A stretch of DNA of 64,000 bases from the human T2T-CHM13v2.0 reference genome, Homo sapiens, in the NCBI RefSeq assembly GCF_009914755.1, contig NC_060930.1; one strand, written 5' to 3'. Of the stretch, positions 20,496-38,519 are shown in pieces. The notes beneath the pieces are model-generated. The model did not search any database, was not told the DNA's origin, and saw only the letters and a list, made by a program, of their open reading frames with translations. How positions within the stretch are numbered: the stretch's first letter is position 1; each line of letters starts with the position of its first letter. The position numbers and the translations under genes are program-made.

Positions 20496-20978
20496 TGTCA
20501 GGCCTCTGAGCCCAAGCTAAGCCATCATATCCCCTGTGACCTGCACGTATACATCCAGATGGCCTGAAGCAACTGCAGAACCACAAAAGAAGTGAAAATA
20601 GCCAGGTCCTGCCTTAACTGATGACATTCCACCATTGTGATTTGTTCCTGCCCCACCCTAACTGATCAATTGACCTTATGACAATACACCCTCCCCACCC
20701 TTGGGATAATGTACTTTGTGATATTTCCCCACCCTTAAGAAGGTACTTTGTAATATTCTCCCCACCCTTGAGAATGTACTTTGTAAGATCCACCCCCTGA
20801 CCACAAAAATTGCTCCTACCTCTACCACCTATCCCAAACCTTTAAGAACTAATGATAATCCCACCACCCTTTGCTGACTCTCTTTTTGGACTCAGCCCGC
20901 CTGCACCCAGGTGATTAAAAAGCTTTATTGCTCACACAAAGCCTGTTGGGTGGTCTCTTCATACAGACGTGCATGACA
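20496..20978 (+). mobile_element. LTR7 (HERV-H, LTR7C-like) solo LTR
   Basis: TGTCAGGCCTCTGAGCCCAAGCTAAGCC...GCATGACA; perfect 5-bp TSD ctata. Confidence 0.9.
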
Positions 20979-21073
20979 CTATAGTTAACTAATTCATGTA
21001 TTGATGGACACTTACAAAACATGAACATGCATATAAAATTAGAAGTAGGACTGTGGGTCACAGGGTATATGCC

Positions 21074-21249
21074 AAAGTGTCCCCTACAGTGGCTGGGACA
21101 TTTTATATGTCCCTTCATTAAGAATACTTTAAATTTGTTTTTATTTATTATACAGGAAAGAAAAGTGTCTCCTGCAGTAGCTGGGACATTTTACATATCC
21201 CTCCATTAAGCATACTTTAAATTTGTTTTTATTTGTTATACAGCAAAGA
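21074..21249. repeat. 88-bp tandem duplication (2 diverged copies)
   Basis: aaagtgtc...ctgggacatttta...tactttaaatttgtttttattt...tatacag repeats at 21074 and 21162. Confidence 0.9.
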
Positions 21250-21282
21250 AAAGCAATCATTGCTTCCAGATCTGGTACCAGT

Positions 21283-21417
21283 CCTTCCTTCCTTCCTTCC
21301 TTCCTTTCTTCCTTCCTTCCTTCCTTCCTTTCTTCCTTCCTTCCTTCCCTCCCTCCCTCTCTCCCTCCTTCCCTCCTTCCTTCTCTCTCTCTCTCCTCTC
21401 TCTCTTTCTTTCTTTCA
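21283..21417. repeat. (CCTT)/(CT)n polypyrimidine tract
   Basis: Read directly. Confidence 0.95.
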
Positions 21418-21432
21418 TCTGTCTTCTACTTG

Positions 21433-21891
<459 letters not shown>

Positions 21892-22105
21892 TTCTACTTG
21901 TTTTCTGTCCAGCAATATAATTCCCATTTTAGGCCTTAATTGCCTGATTTTTAGGTGAGGGAATAACAGGACTGTTTTGTGAAGAGTGAAAGTTTTTCTA
22001 AGTGCAGCCCCTGCCCACTCAATGAAAAGAAGACTCAGGGGAGAAAGAGTGTTAAGAATATTTTAGAATGCTGCCTTCACTTCAACAAGGATGTTGAATT
22101 AGAAG

Positions 22106-22408
22106 AATTTTTTTTGAGACAGGGTCTCACTCTGTCACCCACGCTGGATTGCAGTGGCACCATCATTGTCACTACAACCTCTGCCTCCCAGGCTCAAGCA
22201 ATTCTTGTGCCTCAGCCTCCTGAGTAGCTGGGACTAGAGGTGTGCACCACCATGCTTAGCTATTTTTTTTTTTTTTTTTTTTTTTTGCATTTTCAATAGG
22301 GTTTTGCCATGTTGGTCAGGCTGGCTACGAACTCCTGGCCTCAAGTGATCCACCTGCCTCAGCCTCCCAAAGTGCTGGGATTACAGGTGTGAGCCATCGA
22401 GCTTAGCC
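22106..22408 (-). mobile_element. Alu (J/Sz-like)
   Basis: TSD attagaag(a/g)attttt. Confidence 0.85.
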
Positions 22409-23775
22409 ATATTAGAAGGATTTTTAACTGAATAAGAGTAACACCCAAGAGAAAAGAGATGGAAAATAATGTAAAAACAATATGATCAGTTTTTTCACCG
22501 TACTTGATTTTATGCAGAAATGTCTTCTTCCAAAACTTTTCCCACAAATGCTAAGGTATAGATGCTCAGATATATTTTCTGGATCTCACAGCTGCCACAC
22601 TCTCCTCTGCAGGCTCTAGTGGGCCCCAGAAACCACGAGCAGATAGAAGAAGGAAGAAAACCAGGAGGGCCAGGAAAGTCCTCCCAAATGGGGAGAATTG
22701 GCAAATAGTCAAAAATTGACAGGATGAATGATAACATTGGAGAAATGCAACTTTCAAGACTTAATGTATACACTGTAAATTAGGGAAGAAACTTTATGTA
22801 GTGAGAAAAACATGGACAGTAGGGGAGAGCTTCTTAGAAGGAGTTGCTTACTGGGCACCACTGGAAGCTTGGTGGGGGCGTGGGGAGAAAGAGAGGGAGA
22901 GAGAAATAGAAAGAGAGAGAGGGAGAGGTAGAGAAGAGACAGGCACAAGGAGGCATTCCATAATGGAAGAGCCTGAGGTAATACAATTGTGCACTGCAGC
23001 ATGGGATAATGCTGGGACAAAGAGTAGATTGGTTATGGGATAGAATGATAAGAATGGAATGGATTTAGGAGCTTTTGTGTGTTAGGGGCAGGCAGTGATT
23101 TTCTTCTTATTTTTTCGTCCGTGGGATAATAAGACAACTAAATACCATAGTAGCAAGACTGGCCCAAGACATTGTCCCCAGGTCAGATAATTTGGCACAT
23201 TGTATACTAAATTATGAATAAGCTTATCTTTGCTTTATGCCATTGAGCTTTGAAACCACCCTTTATTCTGAAAAGACTGTGAGCCACCCCGTGAGACAAT
23301 TTCAATCATTATCATAATAATATCAGTAGCAGAATCAAATCATATGTAGTTGGCTCTCTAAAACTAATCTAAAATTGCTTCATGGGTTAGCTGAGAGGTA
23401 CCTAATAACTTAGATTGTCCTCAGGTGAGGACAAATGGATGAGTTTTTATTTAATCTTGCCATTTTAAATAGGGGAAAAATTTTTTTAAGGGAAGATTGT
23501 TTGATACAGGAAAAGTTGAAGAATTTTCAGAAAATTTTATGAACTCCAGGAGGGCTGAATTAAGAGAGAAAACCCCCAAAATGTCAGCTTTCATATCTGT
23601 TCAAGTCTATGTTACCTATGGTTGTTTCTTTGTCATCACCTTCTTCATAAAGACACAGCATAGCAGGGTTGGTGATTTTTGTCTGTCCTTGTCTCTTTTT
23701 TTAAATTTAAGAGGGAATGTTCTAATTGTGAAGGCAATACAGTTATCGTAAAGGATTTGTAAATATAGAAGCATA

Positions 23776-24126
<351 letters not shown>

Positions 24127-24588
24127 TTAACACTTATTCCCAGTGTTTTTCTTTTCTTTAAATTATATTTAGTTGTACAAATAATGAGTAAATACATCCT
24201 TATTGAAAAAGTCAAACCACTGCGCCTCTCACCACAACTCCAATTGTCGTGTCACCCTCAGGGGTAAGTACTGTTATCAGGTGATGGGGATTCTGTAAAA
24301 TTCTTTTTTTTCTTGTCTCTAAATATATTTATAGACAAAAACACAATACTTTTCCTCCTGCATGTGTTTTATGAAAAACAGTAACAAACAATGAATTTAT
24401 ATTATCTTATTTTTGTTCAGTGATGTCTTAAGGATATTACCATGCCAAAGCATACAGATCTATCTCATATTACCTGTTGCATAGGATTCAATAGTATAGA
24501 AATACTTTTATTTGATAATTGCTTTGTCAACAGGAATTTATGGTTTCAACATCCTCATCCTTCTTGCTGCTATTACTAATAATTGTAT

Positions 24589-24909
<321 letters not shown>

Positions 24910-24977
24910 TTATACATATCTCTATGCACATGTATGAGTATTTTCATAAAGGAGATAATTGGAGAGTGGAGCGGCAG

Positions 24978-25250
24978 TGTCTTAGTCCAGTTTCTGTTGC
25001 TATAACAGAATACCACAGACTGAGTAATTTATGAGGAAAATAAGTTTATTCCGTTCATAGTTCTAGAGACTGGGAAGTCCAAAAGCATGGTGTGGTGTCT
25101 GGTGAGGGTCATCCCACGGTGGAAGGGTAGAAGGGCCAGAAAGCATGAGTGAGAGAGAACTTTATTTTATAACAAAGTCACTCTGGTGATACCTAACCTA
25201 CTCCCAGAATAACAGCATCAACCCATTTATGAGGATTAATGTATCAGGAC
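24978..25250 (-). mobile_element. MST/MLT1 MaLR LTR fragment
   Basis: tgtcttagtccagtttctgttgctataacagaataccacagactg. Confidence 0.7.
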
Positions 25251-25656
25251 CTAATGACATTTTTCTCCAAAAATATAATTTTTAATTACTGAATATAATT
25301 TCATTGTGTGACTGTATCAGTATTGTTTTTTCTTTATATTAACATTCTTTTATTTTTGAACTCTAGTTGTTTTAAATATTTGCTATGGCAGATTTTTTGA
25401 AAATGTTGCTAAAGAATACCTTTCTGAATATTTTTGTGTTTAATTTTTGGGTTTATTTCCATTTCTTTTGATAAGATCATGAGAAAGAAATTCACCAGGA
25501 CAAACAGTGTTAACTTTAAAAATTTTTTAATGATACATATTGCCAAATACTTTTCTGGAAATTTTGTACCAGTTTATCTTTATTTGAGCAGTGTATTAGC
25601 ATGTCTTTCTTATAGAACTATCTTTTCATATGATTAATAATGATAATAATAATAAT

Positions 25657-25946
25657 TATTATTATTATTTTGAGACAGAGTCTCGCTCTGTCAGCCAGGC
25701 TGGAGTGCAGTGGCGTGATCTTGGCTCACTGCAACCTCTGCCTCCTGAGTTCAAGTGATTCTCCTGCCTCAGCCTCCTGAGTAGCTGGGATTACAGGCAT
25801 ATGCCACCATGCCCAGCTAATTTTTGTATGTTTAGTAGAGACTGGGTTTCACCATGTTGGTCAGGCTGGTCTTGAACTCCTGACCTCATGATCGGCCTAG
25901 CCTCCCAAAGTGCTAGGATTACAGGTGTGAGCCACTGCACCTGGCC
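25657..25946 (-). mobile_element. AluS with (ATT)n tail
   Basis: Reverse Alu. Confidence 0.85.
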
Positions 25947-26305
25947 AATATGCTTAATTATTAAATATATTTAAAATGTTGCTAGTTTTAAAGATCAGAA
26001 ATAATAATTAAATTTATATTTAATTGATGATGAGTGAGGTGGGACATTTCTCATTTTATTAGCCATTTATGGCCCTTCTGATAATTGTTAGTTCTTCTAT
26101 AGATGTTTTCTCTTAGGTCATTGGTTTTCTTACTGGTGTGAATAGGCTCTTTGCATATTAAAGTTTTGATTCTTTGTATTATTTCTGGAAATATTTTTCC
26201 AGTTTGCTCTTTCACTTTAAATTCTGCTTACACATTTAAAAAATTTGTTGTCATCTGTGCACTTTTTCTTGAATGTTCTTGCATTGCTTTTGTGCTTAGA
26301 AAGTC

Positions 26306-26442
26306 GGCTATGGCTTTCATGTTTGTGTTGTTCCCCCAATTCATATGCTGAAATCCTTACCTCCAAGAAGATGGTATTAGGAGATGGGACCTTTGGGAGA
26401 AGATGATTAGGTTATGAGGGTGGAGGCTTCATGAATGAGATT
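26306..26442 (+). mobile_element. MLT1A-like LTR 5' fragment
   Basis: gctatgg...aattcatatgctgaaatcc...ggtattaggag...ctttgggag. Confidence 0.65.
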
Positions 26443-26477
26443 GAAAAAAGAAAGCTTAGAGCTGTACTTACACATTA

Positions 26478-26755
<278 letters not shown>

Positions 26756-26759
26756 AAGT

Positions 26760-28070
<1,311 letters not shown>

Positions 28071-28223
28071 ATTAATGACCTCAGAGCTGCCTTTTAAGCC
28101 CTGCTGCCACTATTTTTTGTCTGTGTTTGTCTGTAGGCATCGCTGCTTTCTCTCAGATCCTTGCCTGCACGGGCCAGATCCCTGCCGCAGGGCCCTTGCA
28201 TGGCCTTTTTGCTATTTGAATGA

Positions 28224-28562
<339 letters not shown>

Positions 28563-28594
28563 GACTATTTCATTCTTATTTAATCATCACTTCT

Positions 28595-28891
<297 letters not shown>

Positions 28892-29208
28892 ATCATCACT
28901 TCTTTAGGGAACTCTTTCCTTCCACCTCCTTCATCTGAAGTCATTTTCCTTTGTTAGCTGCCTTTTTGCCTTCCTTGCATTTATTTCATTTTGTAATTAC
29001 ACAATTCTAAGTGTGGTTGTTTGATAAATTCTCTTTCCCTTTTTAGACTGTCAGCTCATTGCCTGATCCAGAGTAGGCTATCAGTAAATACCACTTGGTG
29101 GACAATCTCCAGTCTGTTGGACTCTGAGGGTGATTTAGATTCAGCACCTACCTTCTAAACTCACTCATCAAAAGAGCTCTCCAAATGTAGTCCCTACTCC
29201 AGTGTTAA

Positions 29209-29561
<353 letters not shown>

Positions 29562-30277
29562 TAGCTTCTTTTCTTAAAAAAAAAAAAGATGTTAGTCATT
29601 GAAAGAAATAATCAAATAATCATAGCCATTGGGAAACTTATTTTCCTAATAAATTTTATAAAATTGTATGCCATACATACTATAGGTGAAATCTCTTATA
29701 AGTGACGTATGTCCTCATATGGCCTAGTTTAGAAAATATGGTGTGGTGGTCAGGGTGGAGAAGACCCTCCGACTATTGAATGAGTCTGAACAGGATGTGG
29801 TTCTCTAATAAGAGATTCAGTTAAACTTCTTATGCTTTTTCCCCAGAGTACATATCTACCATTTTCTTGGTTGTGCTATGATTGGCAAACAGTAGCTATT
29901 ACTAAGAGCTCCGAAGGTTTTGTTTGGCATTTTGTGGACTGAATCACACTGGTCATGACGCTTGTTGGAAAGTTATGAGCTTTAAGAAGACTTTTGCATT
30001 CATGACTATATCAAACAGTAGTTGCTGGTAGTGGAGTAGTCTCTGGCAGTCTTAAATAGATTTTATCGCTGAGCCTCCTGAGGCCATTTAAATACTCCAG
30101 GAAATCCTCCTTTATGTGACCTCTTTTGTATTCCTTCAAAAATGAATGGCTTTCTTCTGTGTCTTTCACAAAGACCACAGGCCTTGGAAACTCCATAGAG
30201 GTGGTGTAGATATCCAACCTCAGTAATAATTCTTGAAGGAAGCAGGCATATGGCATGAGTCAGATGGAAACAGGACC

Positions 30278-30620
30278 AGAGGGTTCAGTCTGCAGCCCAC
30301 AGGCCAAACCCACCAAATCTGCTCTGCAGGTGTGTTTATTTGATTCATATGTGTTTCTTTTTTAAACATTTAAATCAGTTGCCAACCTGCAAAAACTGGG
30401 AATTTACACTTCAAAAAGTCTGGATATATGACTTGTCTTGAAAAACTGGAATGATTTGGAATTGGAAATTCCAAAATTGGAGTGGTTTGGCCAGGCTGGA
30501 AATCCTTATTTCTGTATCTGCAACCACCAGTGGAGCTGAGACCTGTTCCCTTCCAGATGGGCAGGGGCTGTCCATGTGTGACACTGCCATCTCTCGTCTC
30601 ACATGTTCATTTCAGTTGCC
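30278..30620 (+). mobile_element. MER102-like hAT-Charlie DNA transposon
   Basis: gcagcccacaggcc...agttgccaac...cttgaaaaactgg...tggagctgag. Confidence 0.6.
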
Positions 30621-30945
30621 TTCATGATTCATGGATATGAGATTATGAGATTGAGAATATGATGGTTATGAGGTTATGAGACTGAGTATAAAAGGCATAG
30701 TGAATAGTTACAAAGGAGACAGCCTTTTACATTTATATCACATGATCTGTTTGATAAATAAATGAGACACTTTAATCAACAGACAAGAAATGAGCTGATC
30801 ATCTTTGTGATCTGGACAAAGAAAAATAACGAAAACTGTCCCTCGTTACACAGGATGTAGCATTGTTCTTCTCTGATAATTCTTTGTTGAGTCTATTGAT
30901 TCTGGGCAGAGGTCAAATACCATTTGAGTCGGGTGGAAGGAAAAT

Positions 30946-31273
30946 CTTTTTTTGTTTTTTTGTTTTTAGAGGCAGTCTCTCTCTCTCTATTGGCTGGGCT
31001 GGGGTGCAGTGGTGCAATTATAGCTCACTGAAACCTCAAATTCCTGGGCTCAAGTGATCCTCCTGCCTCAGCCTCTCAAGTAGATAGGACTACAGGTCAT
31101 GACACCCTGCCTGACAAATTAAAAAAAATTTTTTTTCTTTTTGTAGAGATAGGGTCTTGCTGTCTCTATCTGGTCAGGCTGGTCTGGAACTTCTGGCCTC
31201 AAGCAATCCTCCTGCCTTGGCCTCCAAAAGGGCTAGGAGTATAGATGTGAGCCAACACACTCTGCCATAGGCC
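30946..31273 (-). mobile_element. AluJ
   Basis: Reverse Alu about 250 bp upstream of exon 2. Confidence 0.85.
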
Positions 31274-31524
31274 AATTCTTAAATGACAAACCTCATCACC
31301 ATCCTGGAGGAGCACATCATTTGTTCCCGAACTTTCTCCTGCTTCCCTTTGAACTTTGAGAATGAGAACCAAATGGTCTGAACATAACACTTCTCTGCGT
31401 AGCATGTTTGACATATTTGGAATACAAAGAATGCTTCTGCCCTTAATCTGGCTTTGTGCAGCTGCACGGAAAAGATCGTTTAACACTCTTCTTTATATTT
31501 TGTATTTTGGGGGAATTCTACCAG

Positions 31525-31653
31525 GAAACTTACGATCATCTTTCGGAAGTCCCGGTCACGCGGGAGCAGTTAAACCACTATCGGAATGTGGCTCAAAATG
31601 CTCGAAGTGAACTTGCAGCAACTTTGGTCAAATTTGAATGTGCTCAGTCTGAG
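31525..31653 (+). CDS. CCDC170: CCDC170 coding exon 2 (129 nt, phase 0/0)
   Basis: ttctaccag|GAAACTTAC...TCTGAG|gtaaga; encodes ETYDHLSEVPVTREQLNHYRNVAQNARSELAATLVKFECAQSE. Confidence 0.95.
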
Positions 31654-31717
31654 GTAAGATAATGCGTTTCCAGCACTCAGAAATGGGCCTTCTTAGCTTC
31701 TTATAAAATGAAACAGA

Positions 31718-32262
<545 letters not shown>

Positions 32263-33246
32263 TCAGAATATCTTCCTTTAATGTGGGTTGCTTGCAATCT
32301 GGAGTTCTTAAGAGGGAATTCTGAATCCCTTTCCTGTGGTAGTTCCAACTGGCTGGGGAAATTCTAGGAAGAAGAGTGGGATCCATCTACCCTGTAGGCT
32401 AGCTCGGGTTTAGAGTGGAGTTTCTGAGAGTCTTCCTAAACTCATTCTGCTTATAGCCTGGTGGCCCCAAGGAGTTCTAGACTGGCCTGTGATTTCTCAC
32501 TAAGGCTGCCAGGACCCCATAGAACGATGAGTTGATAATGTGTGTGTGAATAAATGTATGTATGCACACTCACAGTTCCAAAGAAGTAGATGCTTTCATA
32601 ACTTTTTCTCATAGGGTAGATCTGACATTTTAACTCAATAGGGCACATATATTGTTCAGCATTTCGATATCACAGAACTCATAAAAGTTAAAATGTTCTC
32701 TTTATATAAATCCTATAAGGGTTTTTCTTTTCTCCTATGTTTTTTTTCCCAGAAATTTAAATGTTATTTTTATTTATCACTCACAGTTAGAATCCAGGAG
32801 ATAAGTGTGAGAAATATAGTGATATACTGAGTAGTCTGTATTTAAGTGAGGAACAGTTATGGCTGTGAAATCACAGATCATATGGTTTGTAGGTTCCTTG
32901 TCTGACTGTTTATCAGCAGCAATAATAGCAATACAGATTTAGAAAATGTGGACCATTGCAAAATATTTTATTGCTTATGCAATCAACATCATAAATGTCT
33001 CCTGAATGAGACTAAACAACATAAGACATTGCTCAATTGGTTTTGGAAAAGATAGAATATAAAGTCCATTATTTAGGCATAATTTCTCATTTGGTAATAC
33101 AGATACAAATATTAGAAAAAAAATAAAGTTAGATTAAGTCATGAATAAAAGAGTGAACATTTAAATGATGGCTTTGGGTTTCTTAAAGATAATTCAAACT
33201 TATGTTGTTAAGGTTTTTTTTTTTTTTAACTTCTTTTCCATGTTAG

Positions 33247-33503
33247 CTTCAAGACCTCCGATCCAAGATGCTTTCTAAAGAAGTCTCCTGTCAAGAACTG
33301 AAAGCTGAAATGGAGAGCTACAAGGAAAACAATGCCAGAAAATCATCTCTCCTTACCTCTTTGAGAGACAGAGTTCAGGAGCTAGAAGAAGAATCAGCAG
33401 CACTTTCCACTTCTAAAATCAGAACAGAAATCACAGCTCACGCTGCAATCAAGGAGAACCAGGAATTAAAGAAGAAAGTTGTAGAGTTAAATGAAAAATT
33501 ACA
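33247..33503 (+). CDS. CCDC170: CCDC170 coding exon 3 (257 nt, phase 0/2)
   Basis: Long T tract then ccatgttag|CTTCAAGAC...TTACA|gtaagg; encodes LQDLRSKMLSKEVSCQELKAEMESYKENNARK...VELNEKL(Q). Confidence 0.95.
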
Positions 33504-34109
33504 GTAAGGATACTGCAATATATTTTTCGCTTTAGCTAGCATTAAAATACTAGCTTCTGATAGCAAGATATGTCTTTGAAAGTACTGGCATTTTGCATTA
33601 CTTGGCCCTTAAACTCAATTTGAAAAAAAGTTATTGACCTCAAATATCTTTGGAGTCTTGACAAATTTTTCCAAGGCTCATTTCTAAATGTCATCAAGAG
33701 TCTTAACAAATACAGCCTTGTCTTAAGCATGTTTATAGCCTATCAATTAGGGCTGCAAATGCTTATTTACACAATTTCGAAGATTTCTCTAAGTAGAGTT
33801 TAACCCTGAGCTTGTGGGGTAGTACACAGAGGTAGGTATTTATTTAGTAGCCAGTTATAAAAATATCCCAGAAGCTAGACCACTCCAGATCACACTGAAC
33901 ATTCCTCATTAGATTTTATTGCTAGTTTATGCAGAGAACTCATGAAACCTAGGTTTTCCACACTTCATTCTGACAAGAGGTGATTATTGAGACAAAATTG
34001 GGAATGAGTTGTTCCTAAAATATATTTTAAAATTCTACGAATGAGTTAAATATCTTTAGTAACAAAATACATGGTATTTATTTTACTTATTTCATCTTAA
34101 AAAAATAAC

Positions 34110-35575
34110 CCAATACTTCCAGCCCCTGTCCTCTTTCTCTACTTCCACTTACAGCAAAAACTCCTTAAACATTGTATGTATGGCCGGGCATGGCGGCTCA
34201 CACCTGTAATCCCAGCACTTTTGGAGGCTGAGGTGGGCAGATCACTTGAGGTCAGGAGTTTGAGACCAGCCTGGCCAACATGGTGAAACCCCGTCTCTAC
34301 TAAATACAAAAATTAGCTGGGCGTGGTGCCAGGTGCCTTTAATCCCAGCTACTCGAGAGGCTGAGATAAGAGAATTGCTTGAACCTGGACAGGTGGAGGC
34401 TGCAGTGAGCTGAGATCACACCACTGTACTCCAGCCTGGGCAACAAAGAGAGACTCTGTCTCAAAAAAAAAAAAATGTTGTATGTATTCATGGTCTCCAA
34501 TTTCTCTTCTCTCTCTGGAATCTGCTCCACTGAAACCACTCATTAAGGTCATCAGTGAGTGCACAGTGCAAGTTAAATGGTCAGTCTTATCTTACCTGAC
34601 CTATCAGTAGCATCAGTTACAGTTGATCTTTTTCTTTGAACCGTTTTCTTCTTCTCTTGGCTTCCAGGACTTTACACATGCCTAGGTTTTTTCTTTTTCT
34701 AATCTTACCTTGCTAGCTAGTGTCTTTCACTGTTTCTCCTCATCTCTTTGGCTTTCAAATACTGGAGTACCTCAGGGATCAGCCCCTGAATCTCTTCTCA
34801 TTTGTGTCTAAATTTACTCTCTTGGTGATATCATTTAGTTTCATGGCTTTAAGAATCTAAATGCTGGTGACTCCCACATTTCTGTGTCTAGCCTGGATCT
34901 CTTCCCAGAGCTCAAGAACCACATATCTTACTAGCTACTGTATATCTCCATGTGGATCTCTGACAGGCATCTCAAACTTAATGTGTCCAAAACGGAGCTC
35001 CCAGTGTTCCCACAAAATCCTTCTGTACTTTTCCTCATCTCATGTGATCATAATTCCATTCTTCTAGTTGATCATTTCAAAATTCTTGCTATCAAACTTG
35101 GTTCTCTTTCTCTTTCACCCTCCATGTCTGATTCTTCAGCAAATCCCATCATATCTATCTTCAAAACAAATCTAAATTGTGTCAGTTTTCCATTATCACC
35201 TTTATTGTCACTAACTTGGTCCAAGCCACCATTAACTCTCACCTGGAGTATTGTAATATGTATCTGTAACAGCAGCATCCCACTCCTGGTACTAATTTCT
35301 GTCTTAGTTGGTTTGGGCTGCTATAAGAAAAATACCATATACTGGGTGGCTTAAATGACAGAAATTTATTCCTTGTAGTTGTGGAGGCTGGGAAGGCCAA
35401 GATCAAGATGTTGGCCTATTCAGTTCCTGGTGAGGGTCCTCTTTCTGGTTTGTAGATGAATGCCTTCTTGCTGTATCCTCACACGGCAGAGAGAGAGATC
35501 ACCTCTCCATGTTTCTCCTCCTCCTCCTCCTCTTCCTTCCTCTTCCTCCTCCTCCTCCTCCTTCTTCTGCTGCTG

Positions 35576-35614
<39 letters not shown>

Positions 35615-36825
35615 TGACAGAGTGTTGCTCTGTTGCCCAGGCTGGAATGCAGTGGGTGTGATCTTGGCTCACTGCAACCTCCGCCTCCTGGGTTCAAGCA
35701 ATTCTTGTGACTCAGCCTCCCAAGTAGCTGGGATTATAGGTGTGCATCACCATGCCCAGTTAATATTTTGTATTTTTAGTAGAGATGGAGTTTCACCATG
35801 TTGGCCAGGGTGGTCTCAGACTCCTGGCTTCAAGTGATCTGTCTGCCTCAGCCTCCCAAAGGGCTGGGATTATAGGGATAAGCCACCACACCCAGCCAGT
35901 GTCCCTTCTTATAAGGGCACTAATCTCATTCACGAGGTCTCCTCTCTTATGACCTAATTACCTCCCAAAGGCCCAACCTCCAAATATTATACCATCATAT
36001 TGGGAATTAGGACTTCAACATATGAATTCTCAGAGGACAGAAATATTTGGTTCATAGGAGTGGTTTTCCTGCCTCTGACTGTGCCCCCTGCAGCCAGAAT
36101 GATCCTGTTAAAACACAAATTAGATCATGTCAATTCTTAGCACAGAGTCCTCCAGTGACTTCTGTTCTCATTCAGGGTAAAGACAGTGTTTTCTATGAGC
36201 CAAAAGGCTCATCCTGACCTGGTTTTGCTACCATTCTCCCCCTTATTCTTTCTATTCCAGATCTCTGGCTTCTTTGCTGTCCCTTGAACCTGACAGACCT
36301 GATCGTACCTCAGGACCTTTGCAATTGTTAATTTCTTTTCCTGGAAGGCTCTTCCCCCAGATATCACATGGCTGCCTCCATTTCCTTTAAGTCTTCATTC
36401 AGATGGCACTTTCCAAGTGAGATGTTCCATGAATAACATATCTAAAAATTTACTCCTCTAATATCTCTTGCCCCTCTTTCCTTCCTGCTTAATTTTTTCT
36501 CTCTAGTCCTATTATGATGTACTATACATTTTACACATATTAATATTTTGATTATTGTCCATCTTTCCAAATAGAACATAAGCTCCATGAGGTCAATAAT
36601 TTGTTTTTCAGAGATGGGGATCTCACTATCTTGCCCAGGCTGGCCTAAAATTCCTGGGTTCAAGTGATCCTCTCACCTCAGCCTCCCTAGTAGCTGGGAC
36701 TACAGGTGCACACCACTGCGCCTGGCTGGATTTGTATCTCTTTTGTTTACTGTTGTATCTTTAGCACCTTTAATGGGGCTTGGTGTATGATGGGTACTCA
36801 ATAAGTATTTATTAAATAAATGAGT
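34110..36825 (+). mobile_element. Long L2a fragment (RT region to 3' end) with nested Alu (34182-34475 plus), MLT1A and Alu monomer (36600-36728 minus)
   Basis: ggagtacctcagggatcag, atgctggtgactccc (YADD-like), aggcatctcaaacttaa, 3' end gtactcaataagtattt. Confidence 0.75.
35300..36059 (-). mobile_element. MLT1A-like MaLR LTR containing an Alu (35577-35897 minus)
   Basis: tgtcttagtt...gggctgctataa...tataagggcactaatc...ttcaacatatgaatt. Confidence 0.75.
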
Positions 36826-37019
36826 AATAAAAACACTATATGCATATTGTAAAAAATATTTTTTATACAGAAAAGTGCCAAGAAGAAATTAATAATTACT
36901 TAAAACCTCATGATTATAGAAAAGCTATAATTAATATTAATATTTTATTGAACAGATTTTTCAGAAAATCATATACAAATGACTTTAGGTAGTGTACTAT
37001 TTTTACTGAATCATATGTT

Positions 37020-37738
<719 letters not shown>

Positions 37739-38519
37739 TAATTTTAAATGGCCCATTGTATTCCATTGCTTGAAATACCATAATGTACTCAATCACTTTG
37801 GCTATTTCTACAGGCTCTTAGGTTAGTTCCACTAAAAAAATTACTATAAACCAAGTTGCAGTGAATATCTATGTGATTCATATTTTTAAATTTCTGTGAT
37901 TATTTTCTTAGGGTAGATTCCTGAAACTTTGTTGGGTCAAGTGAATTGCAAATAGAAATGGAAGTAGTTTAGAGACCTTTGGAATGGAGAAGAAAGATTG
38001 AAATCTTGGGGTTAATGTATGGAATCCTATATGTATATCAATCAGCACCATACAATTAATTATGCCTTTCCTGGGTCCAAAAGACTGAAGAGTTTTACCT
38101 TTCATATGCTAAAATAAGAACTCAGAAATATAGTGAAGTTAGTCTTTTATCGTTACACATTTTTCTAAATAGAAATCTGATATGCTTTGAGTATCTGCAA
38201 TTACATGCTTTGTTAATCTTTGAATAGCGTGAAGGAATTTGCAGTAAACACTCAACATGGTAAAAAGGAAAAGCAATAATCATGTTTATTATCTTGGATA
38301 TTTAAAAAATGACACTAAATTACTGAAATGATTCTAATTTGCCTTTAAAGTATGCCTATTTTTGACAATCTCTTAGTTGCTAACATTTAAAGCATTAGAA
38401 ATAGGCCATACTATTTCAACAAACCTATCTGAGATTTGAAACAATATATTCATAATGGACCATAAATTTCCTTTTTCCTTGACTGGCCAATTCTAGTACT
38501 TTCCTAATGCTCTTTTTTT

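Noticed and set aside
22613-22977. Possible cryptic exon (ctctcctctgcag acceptor, gag|gtaata donor)
   Set aside because: Only generic splice-like motifs, with stops and GA-rich low-complexity content; no further support.
33268-33507. ORF-track 79-aa protein ending in a stop
   Set aside because: It is CCDC170 exon 3. The TAA lies in the intron (CA|gtaag), so it is not a real termination.
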